From contig CAVQNG010000003.1 of the NCBI GenBank assembly GCA_963713825.1, positions 1,728,001-1,792,000 on the forward strand: a DNA stretch of 64,000 nt. Direction: 5' to 3'. The stretch comes from an uncultured Acidobacteriota bacterium (lineage in GTDB: Bacteria; Acidobacteriota; Thermoanaerobaculia; Multivoradales; JAHEKO01). The position numbers were made by a program, and so were the translations under genes. This document shows positions 48,631 through 57,164 of the stretch, piece after piece. The stretch's first letter is position 1, and each line of letters begins with the position of its first letter. A model generated the notes under the pieces. The model ran no database searches. It was not told the DNA's origin and saw nothing but the letters and a program-made list of their open reading frames with translations.

Positions 48631-48710
48631 CGCTGAAGCGGCCGCCGCCTCTGGCGGCCGGAGTGAGGTAAGGTTCTGAGCTACCGATTCCCCTCCTCGA
48701 GGATCTTCCA

Positions 48711-49628
48711 ATGAGAGCCATGATTCTGATTGTTGTCGCCTGCCTACTCCTGGTGCCGGTAGCGTCCACTGCGGAGGAGGCTCCCGCCGCGCCACCTACG
48801 ATGCCGGAGGTTCTGGAGAGCTCTGCTACCTCTGATTGGCAGCCTCTCGACCCTGCAAACACCCTGGTTCTGGATCTGTCGGGCGGTCGGGTGATCATGG
48901 CGCTGGCGCCCGACTTTGCGCCCGATCATGTCGACAACATCAAGGCCCTGGTTGCGGAGCGGTTCTACGATGATCTGGTCGTGGTGCGGTCGCAGGACAA
49001 CTACGTCGTGCAGTGGGGCGACCCGGCCGAGGATCCTGAAGACCGCAAGCCCGTCAAGAAGGCCCGCGCCTCACTTGCCCCAGAGTTCGATCGGGCCCTG
49101 AGCGATGATCTGCCGGTCACGCTGCTCGCCGATGGTGATGTCTATGCGCCACAGGTGGGATTCGCTGGTGGATTTCCGGTGGCTGTCGACCCGAAGGCCG
49201 GGCGCATGTGGCTGACACACTGCTACGGCATGGTCGGCGTGGGTCGCGATGTCGCACTCGACTCAGGCAACGGTGGCGAGATGTACGTCGTCATCGGCCA
49301 GGCACCTCGCCACCTGGATCTCAATGTCACCCTGGTCGGCAGGGTCGTGAAGGGGATCGAGCATCTCTCGACCCTGCCTCGAGGCACTGGGCCGTTGGGT
49401 TTCTATGAAGAACCCGAGCAGTTTGTCGAGATCGAATCGATGCGCCTCGGCAGCGAGATCCCGAGGTCCGACTGGCAAGACTGGGAGATCCTGCGGACTG
49501 ACACGCCGACCTTCGAGGCCCTCGTCGAGTCACGACGCAATCGCCACGAGTCGTGGTTTGCCTCACCGACTGGCCACATCGGGCTCTGCAACGTCCCCCT
49601 GCCCGTGCGGCCAGTCGCCGAGAACTGA
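48711..49628 (+). CDS. Cyclophilin-type peptidyl-prolyl cis-trans isomerase, periplasmic
   Basis: LAPDFAP.HV.NI, R.QDNYVVQWGD, HCYGMVGVGR and IGQAPRHLD.N.T..GRV..G. Signal peptide present. Confidence 0.88.
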   Translation: MRAMILIVVACLLLVPVASTAEEAPAAPPTMPEVLESSATSDWQPLDPANTLVLDLSGGRVIMALAPDFAPDHVDNIKALVAERFYDDLVVVRSQDNYVVQWGDPAEDPEDRKPVKKARASLAPEFDRALSDDLPVTLLADGDVYAPQVGFAGGFPVAVDPKAGRMWLTHCYGMVGVGRDVALDSGNGGEMYVVIGQAPRHLDLNVTLVGRVVKGIEHLSTLPRGTGPLGFYEEPEQFVEIESMRLGSEIPRSDWQDWEILRTDTPTFEALVESRRNRHESWFASPTGHIGLCNVPLPVRPVAEN

Positions 49629-49641
49629 GTTTCTTCGCGAA

Positions 49642-50880
49642 TCAGCCTTCGTGGTGGATCCTCATCTCTTCCGCCATCTTCTGGATGTCGGCGAGGTCGC
49701 GGACCATCTCACTCCAGCCGTACCAGAGCGCGTAGTCGGGGTTGGCGTGGAACGCGCCCTGGAATGCCCGCATCCGATGCTTCAGATGCATCTCGAACAG
49801 GGTCTGCTCGATCGGCGTCGGGGCATCGTGGAACGTCAGCAGATCCGGAAAGGCGTAGGCATAACCTTCGGGCTTCTCGAGAATGCCGTCGGCATAGAGG
49901 CCGGTAATGACGCGGATCGCCTCGGCCAGCAGATGGTCCACTTCGCGAATCAGGTCATCACCCTTGGCCATTTCGGCCTTGGCGAAGCTCTCGGAGTGAC
50001 AGTCGCTGCAAGCCTCCAGAATCTTGGCCCGCTCGGCGTCGAACTCCTCCTGGGTCAGGCGCGCGACCTGAGCCGCCTTGACGACTTCCAGGCGGGCAGT
50101 CGGATTGCCCTCCGGATCGAGCACGCCCAGAGCCTGCAGAATCGTGATCTGGTCGGCCTTCCACTGCGGGTCCTCGGGAAGCGGCAGCCGGACCGCGAGG
50201 AAGCCCCACGGGGTGCGGACCTCATGATCACCGTTGCGCATGTGGCAGGTCTGGCAGGTCGGGGCGGCCGCGGTCTCGGGCAGGATGCCGTTCTGTTTCA
50301 GGAGATAGCGCACACCGTGCTTCGAAGCGGAGTACATCTCCCACTGCGGATGGTCGAAGCCCATGTGGCAGGTCTGGCAGGCCTGGGGCTGCCGAGCTTC
50401 CTCGAGAGAGAAGGCGTGTCTTGTATGGCAGGCGTCGCAGGAGGCGTGGCCGAATTTCGAACCCTCGTCCTTGAGCTGCTGGATGACCTCTTCGGATTTG
50501 ATGCCCAGCTTATGACAACCGCCGCAGCCCTTCATGCCCTGGGTCAGCGCCATCGGCAGTGCATGGGTGGTGGGCATGGCTTCCATGGCCGCCCAGGCCA
50601 GTGCGTGCTTGCCGGCGGAGAACTGCGTCACCTGGTCGGAATGACATTCGTTACAGGTGTTGAGCGTCGGCAATGAGACTTTGTCGATGTCGTCGGCACT
50701 CGAATGTCCATCTCCGTGGCAGGCGTCGCAGGCGATATCGGCCTCCGAGTGCTTGCTCAGATTCCAGTCGTCGACGATATTGGGCGTGACCTCCGTGTGG
50801 CAGTCCACACAAACGTTGGCCGCGGATGGAGCCGCCAAGAGGACAAAGCTGCACAGGGTTAGCAGTATGGCTCGAGACAT
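49642..50880 (-). CDS. Octaheme cytochrome c, hydroxylamine-oxidoreductase (HAO)-like
   Basis: Eight CxxCH motifs (CVDCH, CDACH, CNECH, CGGCH, CDACH, CQTCH, CQTCH, CSDCH). HAO-type CH.RH.FS..EAR.P..C..CHMGFDHPQWEMY..SKHG and H.NPDY are present. Signal peptide. Confidence 0.88.
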   Translation of the reverse strand: MSRAILLTLCSFVLLAAPSAANVCVDCHTEVTPNIVDDWNLSKHSEADIACDACHGDGHSSADDIDKVSLPTLNTCNECHSDQVTQFSAGKHALAWAAMEAMPTTHALPMALTQGMKGCGGCHKLGIKSEEVIQQLKDEGSKFGHASCDACHTRHAFSLEEARQPQACQTCHMGFDHPQWEMYSASKHGVRYLLKQNGILPETAAAPTCQTCHMRNGDHEVRTPWGFLAVRLPLPEDPQWKADQITILQALGVLDPEGNPTARLEVVKAAQVARLTQEEFDAERAKILEACSDCHSESFAKAEMAKGDDLIREVDHLLAEAIRVITGLYADGILEKPEGYAYAFPDLLTFHDAPTPIEQTLFEMHLKHRMRAFQGAFHANPDYALWYGWSEMVRDLADIQKMAEEMRIHHEG

Positions 50881-51106
50881 GGTCTTTCCTCCCCGAGTTG
50901 GCGCACATGCCGAGCGGATTTGCGGAGTTCGCCCCAGTGTGCGAATCGATGGTTACTGCTTGAAATCATTCTAGTGCAATTTACTGGTGAGACGGGGTGG
51001 ATGGACATGATAGGCGTCATGTCATGGCTCGTTCGAGATGAGTCAGCCGCTCGAACCTCGGATCTCGGCTAGAATCTCCGCACCACTTTGGAAAGGAGAA
51101 GTTGCG

Positions 51107-51679
51107 ATGCGTGGAACTGCTTTGCTCGTCTGTCTGGTGCTGTCTCTGGCCGCTCCGGCTCTCGCCGAACATCACGAGGGCGATGGCTCGATGTTCACGG
51201 GCACCATGGCCGGCAATTTCGAGTTCGTTTCAGGTCGGTTGGTGCAATTGGCCGAGGCGATGCCAGAAGAGCTTTTCACCTGGCGGCCTGCCGAAGGCGT
51301 TCGATCGACTTCGGAGACCCTGATGCACGTGGTGGGCGCCAATTTCGGGTTGCCCATGATGCTTGGTGTGGCCCCGCCGGACGGGATGGAGATGTCCGAG
51401 GACATGAGGGCGAAGATGCAGGAGATGGAGAAGAACGTGACGGCCAAGGCGGATGTCATCGCCAAGCTCCAGAAGTCGATCGCTTACGGTAAGGGCGCCA
51501 TCGGTGATTTTCCCACCGCCAACCTTGGTGATGAGGTCGAGTTCTTCGGGATGAAGATGACGAAAGGCGGCGTGCTACTGATCCTTCTCAGTCACTCCCA
51601 CGAACACCTTGGCCAGCTGATAGCCTACGCCCGAAGCAACGATGTCGTGCCGCCCTGGAGCGAGCCGAAGCCCGAGTAA
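51107..51679 (+). CDS. DinB-family protein, secreted
   Basis: LAEAMPEE...WRP..GVRS..E.L.HV and H..EHLGQLIAYAR...VVPPWS. SD AAAGGAG. Confidence 0.88.
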   Translation: MRGTALLVCLVLSLAAPALAEHHEGDGSMFTGTMAGNFEFVSGRLVQLAEAMPEELFTWRPAEGVRSTSETLMHVVGANFGLPMMLGVAPPDGMEMSEDMRAKMQEMEKNVTAKADVIAKLQKSIAYGKGAIGDFPTANLGDEVEFFGMKMTKGGVLLILLSHSHEHLGQLIAYARSNDVVPPWSEPKPE

Positions 51680-51702
51680 CCCGAGTACAAGGAGGAGGCA
51701 CC

Positions 51703-52998
51703 ATGAGATCTATGGGTGTCGCTTTGGTGATGTTGGTCGCGTTGTCCCCAGCGGTCGTGAGCGGGGCTACGTTCACCGTCACTTCAACCGCTGACAGTGG
51801 TGTAGGGACGCTACGGCAGGCGATCATCGATGCCAACGCGAATCCGGGTGAGGACAGGATCGAGTTCGCAATCCCCGAGGGAGAATGCTCGGCGGCGGGC
51901 GTCTGCACGATCGACCTCCTCGCCTTTCCGGAGGCGATCGATGAGGCTGTCGTCGTCGATGGCACGACTCAGCCCCGGTATGGCACGGCTCCAGCCAACG
52001 TGTGTGCCACGGAGACAGCCCCTTCCTATATGCGGGTCGAGATTCTGGGGGACCCTTCGGGCTTCTTCTCCCGCCACACGTTCCAGGTCGTCAGTGGGGA
52101 TCCGAGCACTATTCGCGGGCTTGCGTTGAGTCGGGGATATCCCATTGGCTTGAGATCCTCCGGTGCTCACCGTGTCCAGTGCACCCACATCGGGGTATCC
52201 GCCGATGGTTTCACCAGGGTCAGCACTTCCTCCGGAATTGTCATCGACCAGGGTGGCAATGGGGCCATCATCGGCCTCGACGGTGACGGTGTCGACGACC
52301 TGGCCGAGCGCAACGTCATCGCTGCGGGGATCGGCGTCTATATCAATGGGAACCGGAACAATGTCGTTGCCGGGAATTACTTCGGATTGGGGGCTGACGG
52401 GGTGACATCTCTGGGGTCGTCCCTGGGTGTGTACATTCGACAGGGCTCCTCGAACAACCTGGTAGGCACCAACGAGGACGATGTCTCGGATGACCTGGAG
52501 CGCAATGTGATCGGCAATTGCACCACTGGGATCAATCTCGATTCGAATGCCGGTAGTGGGGATGGGAACCTCGTCGTCGGGAATTGGATCGGGGTGGATG
52601 CCACAGGTGCCATGGCGCCAAACACGACCGCGATCTGGCTCACAGAAGGCGGCATCGATCACGAGATCCGCGACAACCAGATTCGGTGGAGCGCTGTCGG
52701 CATCAAGATCGAAGAGGATTCGTCGATGGGTGCCCTGTCGACCGGCAATTGCGTGGAAGACAACGTCGATGGTGTCATTCACGAGGGCACGGGTGTGGCG
52801 ACCTTTGAAAACAACTGGTGGGGAGCCGCGGACGGTCCCACCGGCGATGGTGCGGGGTCGGGCGACAGCGTCTCGGTTACGGGCACCGGCAGCCTGGACT
52901 TCGATCCCTGGCTCTCGAGCGTGCCGCCCCAATGCGAGATCTTCTCCGACGGCTTCGAGTCGGGAGACACCGATGCCTGGTCAGGCTCGATGCCCTGA
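51703..52998 (+). CDS. Secreted right-handed beta-helix protein with C-terminal IFSDGFESGD motif
   Basis: Signal peptide, TFTVT.TADSG.GTLRQAI..AN, repeated RNVI / GN.(F/I)G / GN.V.GN.IG units, and NNWWG..DGP. Confidence 0.8.
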   Translation: MRSMGVALVMLVALSPAVVSGATFTVTSTADSGVGTLRQAIIDANANPGEDRIEFAIPEGECSAAGVCTIDLLAFPEAIDEAVVVDGTTQPRYGTAPANVCATETAPSYMRVEILGDPSGFFSRHTFQVVSGDPSTIRGLALSRGYPIGLRSSGAHRVQCTHIGVSADGFTRVSTSSGIVIDQGGNGAIIGLDGDGVDDLAERNVIAAGIGVYINGNRNNVVAGNYFGLGADGVTSLGSSLGVYIRQGSSNNLVGTNEDDVSDDLERNVIGNCTTGINLDSNAGSGDGNLVVGNWIGVDATGAMAPNTTAIWLTEGGIDHEIRDNQIRWSAVGIKIEEDSSMGALSTGNCVEDNVDGVIHEGTGVATFENNWWGAADGPTGDGAGSGDSVSVTGTGSLDFDPWLSSVPPQCEIFSDGFESGDTDAWSGSMP

Positions 52999-53051
52999 CG
53001 AGACTCCGACTTGAAGAGATTCCAGCTAGCCTGCAGGCAAAGTAGAGGGAC

Positions 53052-53309
53052 TTACTTGGGCTCGATCGGTGGTGGGGCTTCGCTCCTGCCAGGAGCGGTG
53101 AAGCGCTTCTCTTTCAGGGTGCTGATCAACGTGTCGAAGTCCGTCATGGGACCGCCTTCTGTTTCGGTGGTCTCTGTCGTCTGGGGCGGCCTCTGGACTG
53201 GGACCTCGTCCTCATCGCTTTTCTTCCCACGAAACAAGCGAGGCAGAACTCTGGTGACAACGACGAAGATCGCAATGATGAGCCAGGCCCAGCTACCAAT
53301 ATCTTCCAT
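53052..53309 (-). CDS. Small single-TM hypothetical protein
   Basis: 85 aa with an N-terminal TM helix (WAWLIIAIFVVV). It fills the gap between longer genes. Confidence 0.6.
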   Translation of the reverse strand: MEDIGSWAWLIIAIFVVVTRVLPRLFRGKKSDEDEVPVQRPPQTTETTETEGGPMTDFDTLISTLKEKRFTAPGRSEAPPPIEPK

Positions 53310-53365
53310 GATCTTCCTACATCATACCTCCCCACCGGGCATGCGCTACAATGCGCCTACCTTTT

Positions 53366-56047
53366 ATGACACTTGAAGCTGGAAGCAAGCTCGGCCCGTA
53401 CGAGATCGTCGAGCCCCTGGGTGCTGGGGGCATGGGTGAGGTGTATCGGGCTCGAGATACGCGTCTCGAGCGCGAGGTAGCGATCAAGGTCCTGCCCGAG
53501 CATCTTTCCGAAAGCCCAGAGCTGCGCCAGAGGCTGGAGCGCGAGGCGCGGGTCGTGTCGAGCCTTCAACACCCGAATATCTGCACACTGCACGACATCG
53601 GCTCCGAGAACGGGATCGACTTCCTGGTCATGGAGTACCTGGACGGCGACACCCTCGCGGCACGGCTCGAGAAGGGCCCGGTGCCGATGCACGAGCTGTT
53701 TCCGATTGCGACATCGATCGCCGACGCACTCGACAAGGCGCATCGCCAGGGACTCGTGCACCGCGATCTGAAGCCCGGCAACATCATGCTGACTCGCACT
53801 GGTGCCAAGCTCCTCGACTTCGGGCTGGCCAAGGGCTCTGCGGCGCTGTCGGATCCCACAGCTCCGACCCAATCGCCAACGATGAGCCCGCTCACCACCG
53901 AGGGAATGCTGGTGGGTACGTTTCAGTACATGGCCCCCGAACAGCTCGAAGGCAAGGAAGCCGACGCCAGAAGCGACCTGTTCGCCTTCGGCTCGGTGCT
54001 GTACGAGATGGCGACCGGTCAGCGGGCTTTCCAGGGCGAGACCCAGGCGAGCTTGATCGCGTCGGTTCTGGACCGTGAGCCGGCTCCGTTGACCGAGTTG
54101 CAGCCTCTGGCACCACCTGCCCTCGACAGGGTCATCCGTACCTGTCACGCGAAGGATCCCGACGACCGCTTCCAGAGCGCCCATGATCTGAAACTGCAGA
54201 TGGAGTGGATTCGAGACGCCGGTTCTCAGGCCGGCGTGCCGATGCCTGTCGCCACGCGTCGCAAGACTCGCGAGCGGCTCGCCTGGGGCGTGGCCGCGAT
54301 TTTCGCAATCGCTGCGCTCGCCGCCGGCGCCCTACTGATGCGCGACACCTCTCCCGAGCAGCGCGTCCTCCGAGCCGAGATTGCTCCCGCGGCAGATACC
54401 GTCTTCAGCCTCAGCCCCTCAGCGCCAGGCCCCGTGACTGTCTCGCCAGACGGGCGGAAGCTCGCCTGGGCCGCGGTCGGAAGGAACGGTAACACCATGC
54501 TGTGGGTCCGTTCGCTCGACGAGACCACATCGCGGGAGATCGAAGGCAGCGAGAGTGCTTCTTATCCCTTTTGGTCGCCGGACAGTCGCCAGGTGGGGTA
54601 CTTCGCCGAAGGCAAGTTGAAGAAAGTCGATGCCGTCGGTGGCCCTTCCATCGCCCTCACCGATGCCACGAATCCCAAAGGGGGGACTTGGAACGAAGAC
54701 GGCGTGATTCTCTTCACTCCTGTTCACAACGGCCCGATCCACAAGGTCTCTGCTAACGGAGGGCCGTCGGAACCCATCACGGAGCTCAGTGCAGAAAGAC
54801 AGGAGAACAGCCACCGTCATCCTCGATTCCTTCCTGATGGCCGACACTTCGCTTACTTCACCAGAGTGGGAGCCATGGGCACGGCCGTCGCAGGCAGTGG
54901 TATCTGGATCGCTTCGCTCGACGGCGGGGAGCCACAGCGCCTGGCCAACTCCTCCTCCCAGGCCGAGTACGCCTCTGGGCACCTGCTATTCGCTCGAGGT
55001 GACGCTCTCCTTGCTCAGCGATTCGATCTCGACCGACTCGAATTCGACGGTGAACCAAAACCACTGGTCGAAGGTGTGGTTGCCATGTCGGGTGCCGCGA
55101 TTGCGGCCTTTTCCGTTTCGCAGCAGGGACTGCTGGCCTACCAGATCGGTGGTGGGGACTTGACGACCCAGCTCGCGTGGTACAACCGCGAGGGGGCCCG
55201 TCTCAAGTCCGTGGGCGACCCGGCCTTTCACAGCGGACCGGCGCTCTCCCCAGATCAGACACGAGCGGCTGTCACGGTTGGTGATAGCGAGACCGGTGCG
55301 GGCGACATCTGGATCTACGATCTCGATCGAGATGTTCGCAGCCGCTTTACGTTCGACCCCTCCGAAGATGTCGGTGCCATCTGGTCGCCAGACGGCAAGC
55401 GAATCATCTGGGCCTCTTCTCGGGTGGCGGACTTCGACCTGTTCGGCAAAGACGTGGAAGGAGCTGGCACGGACGAAGAGCTCTTGGTCGAAGCAGTTGT
55501 CAATCTTCCCATGAGCGTTTCTCCGGACGGGCGCTACGTGGTCTACGTCAAGGGACTTGGCGGCGGCGTCAGTCATTCGGATCTCAGGATTCTGCCTCTC
55601 GAGCAGGGGGCTGAGCCGTATGATTTCGTTGCCACCGAGTTCAACGAGTGGGCGGCGCAGTTCTCACCCAATGGGCGGTGGATCGCCTACCAGTCGGACG
55701 AGTCAGGTCGTCCTGAGATCTATGTCACGACCTTCCCGGATGCGGGTCGCAAGTGGCAGGTGTCGACGGATGGCGGCGCCCAGCCTCGATGGAGAGGTGA
55801 CGGCCGTGAGCTCTATTACCTGACGCCCGCCGCCACTCTCATGGTGGCCGAAGTCGATCCAACCGGTGAGGGATTTCAGATCGGCGAGCTCATCGAGCTC
55901 TTCGACACCCCTCGACTGCAGAACGGAGTCTTCGACTACGACGTTACCTCCGACGGTGAGGGTTTCCTGATGAACACCGTCGGCGACAGCGCCTTCGAGC
56001 CCATCACCCTGGTCGTCAACTGGACCGCCGAGCTCGAGAACCGCTGA
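53366..56047 (+). CDS. Hanks-type Ser/Thr kinase with TM helix and TolB/PD40 beta-propeller
   Basis: LGPYEI..PLGAGGMGEVY, HRDLKPGN, DFGLAK and GTFQYMAPEQ, followed by WSPD repeats and a C-terminal LVVNW. Confidence 0.94.
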   Translation: MTLEAGSKLGPYEIVEPLGAGGMGEVYRARDTRLEREVAIKVLPEHLSESPELRQRLEREARVVSSLQHPNICTLHDIGSENGIDFLVMEYLDGDTLAARLEKGPVPMHELFPIATSIADALDKAHRQGLVHRDLKPGNIMLTRTGAKLLDFGLAKGSAALSDPTAPTQSPTMSPLTTEGMLVGTFQYMAPEQLEGKEADARSDLFAFGSVLYEMATGQRAFQGETQASLIASVLDREPAPLTELQPLAPPALDRVIRTCHAKDPDDRFQSAHDLKLQMEWIRDAGSQAGVPMPVATRRKTRERLAWGVAAIFAIAALAAGALLMRDTSPEQRVLRAEIAPAADTVFSLSPSAPGPVTVSPDGRKLAWAAVGRNGNTMLWVRSLDETTSREIEGSESASYPFWSPDSRQVGYFAEGKLKKVDAVGGPSIALTDATNPKGGTWNEDGVILFTPVHNGPIHKVSANGGPSEPITELSAERQENSHRHPRFLPDGRHFAYFTRVGAMGTAVAGSGIWIASLDGGEPQRLANSSSQAEYASGHLLFARGDALLAQRFDLDRLEFDGEPKPLVEGVVAMSGAAIAAFSVSQQGLLAYQIGGGDLTTQLAWYNREGARLKSVGDPAFHSGPALSPDQTRAAVTVGDSETGAGDIWIYDLDRDVRSRFTFDPSEDVGAIWSPDGKRIIWASSRVADFDLFGKDVEGAGTDEELLVEAVVNLPMSVSPDGRYVVYVKGLGGGVSHSDLRILPLEQGAEPYDFVATEFNEWAAQFSPNGRWIAYQSDESGRPEIYVTTFPDAGRKWQVSTDGGAQPRWRGDGRELYYLTPAATLMVAEVDPTGEGFQIGELIELFDTPRLQNGVFDYDVTSDGEGFLMNTVGDSAFEPITLVVNWTAELENR

Positions 56048-56133
56048 CCGCGATTCAAGATAGGGGAGGTTCTTGTGCTCCCGTCACGTCCTTGTTTTGA
56101 AGCGGCCGGCGCCCCTGCCGGCCTGAGACCGGT

Positions 56134-57090
56134 CTAGAGCCCCACCCGCTCGCCCTCCTCCGCCAATCGAAAACCCTTCTCGACTACCGCCTCGTACGCC
56201 TCGCTATCGGGCCAAAGGGCCGGGTTGGTGTGGTTGAGGTGGATGAAGCGGACCTTCGCCTTGTCTTCGGGTGCCAGCCCATCGAAGCGGTTCATGGAGT
56301 GGGTGATGAAGGGGTGAGGGAAGCCGCTCATGTCTCGACCAGGGATCTCGCCGTTGGCGAAGAAGGTGCCATCCAGGTAGGCGATGTCGACCGTCGCTAG
56401 GACCTCCTCGATGCGGGTGCCCATCTCGTCCCACTCCTCCCAGCTGTCGATGTCGGGGATGAAGAGAGCGGAGCGATTTGGGCCCTCGATCTGGAATCCG
56501 ACGACTTCGGAGTATTCCTGACGGTGAGGCACCAGGAAGGGCGTGACGGAAAGCCGCTCATTCAGCTGAGCGGCAGCGCCGTCTTCCAGCGGCTTCAGCT
56601 CGATGTTGTCGTAGGAGACGAGCTGACTCCACGGTCCGTTGGTGCGAAGGTACTCTCGCATTCGAGGCATGGCGAAGACCGGGACACCCTTGGAGCCCAT
56701 GGCCTCGTAGCCAAGGTGCATCAGTCCGGGGTAGTGCCCCATGTGTGCATGAGTCAGGAAGATTCCATCTAGCCCAGGCTTGCCCTCGGCGGGTGCAATC
56801 ACGTCGAGCCGGTGAAGTTGCTCTCGGAAGTCGGGTGTGGCGTCGAAGATCCACCGCTGCTGGCTGACCGGATCGACGAGAGCCAGGCTCGTTGCCAGCC
56901 TGCGGTGTGCCGGGTCCGACCAGCCCGGATGCTCCTTCGTGCCGGCCTGAGGGACGCCCCCGTCCTGGGAGATGCCGAGCACGACGAGATAGGGTGTGGT
57001 CTCTCCGGTCGCTGATTCCGGTCGGTCCACTGCCCAAACGAGGGCCGCGGCCAGGAGCAGGGTGCTACCGATTCCGACACGAATCACCAT
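56134..57090 (-). CDS. PqqB-like metallo-beta-lactamase-fold hydrolase, stand-alone, with signal peptide
   Basis: VLG..QDGG.PQ, FDATPD, IFLTHAHMGHY, VPHR.EYSE.VG, FIPDID.W, LDGTFF and FIHLNHTNP. Confidence 0.85.
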   Translation of the reverse strand: MVIRVGIGSTLLLAAALVWAVDRPESATGETTPYLVVLGISQDGGVPQAGTKEHPGWSDPAHRRLATSLALVDPVSQQRWIFDATPDFREQLHRLDVIAPAEGKPGLDGIFLTHAHMGHYPGLMHLGYEAMGSKGVPVFAMPRMREYLRTNGPWSQLVSYDNIELKPLEDGAAAQLNERLSVTPFLVPHRQEYSEVVGFQIEGPNRSALFIPDIDSWEEWDEMGTRIEEVLATVDIAYLDGTFFANGEIPGRDMSGFPHPFITHSMNRFDGLAPEDKAKVRFIHLNHTNPALWPDSEAYEAVVEKGFRLAEEGERVGL

Positions 57091-57164
57091 TCGGGGAGCT
57101 CCTTTCGAGATCTCCCTTCCATCTTCTCATTTGGCGAAGTGATGGGGCCGCTTGGGCTTCGGCT

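Noticed and set aside
56134-57090. PQQ biosynthesis locus
   Set aside because: No pqqA/C/D/E is present in the window, and the protein has a signal peptide.
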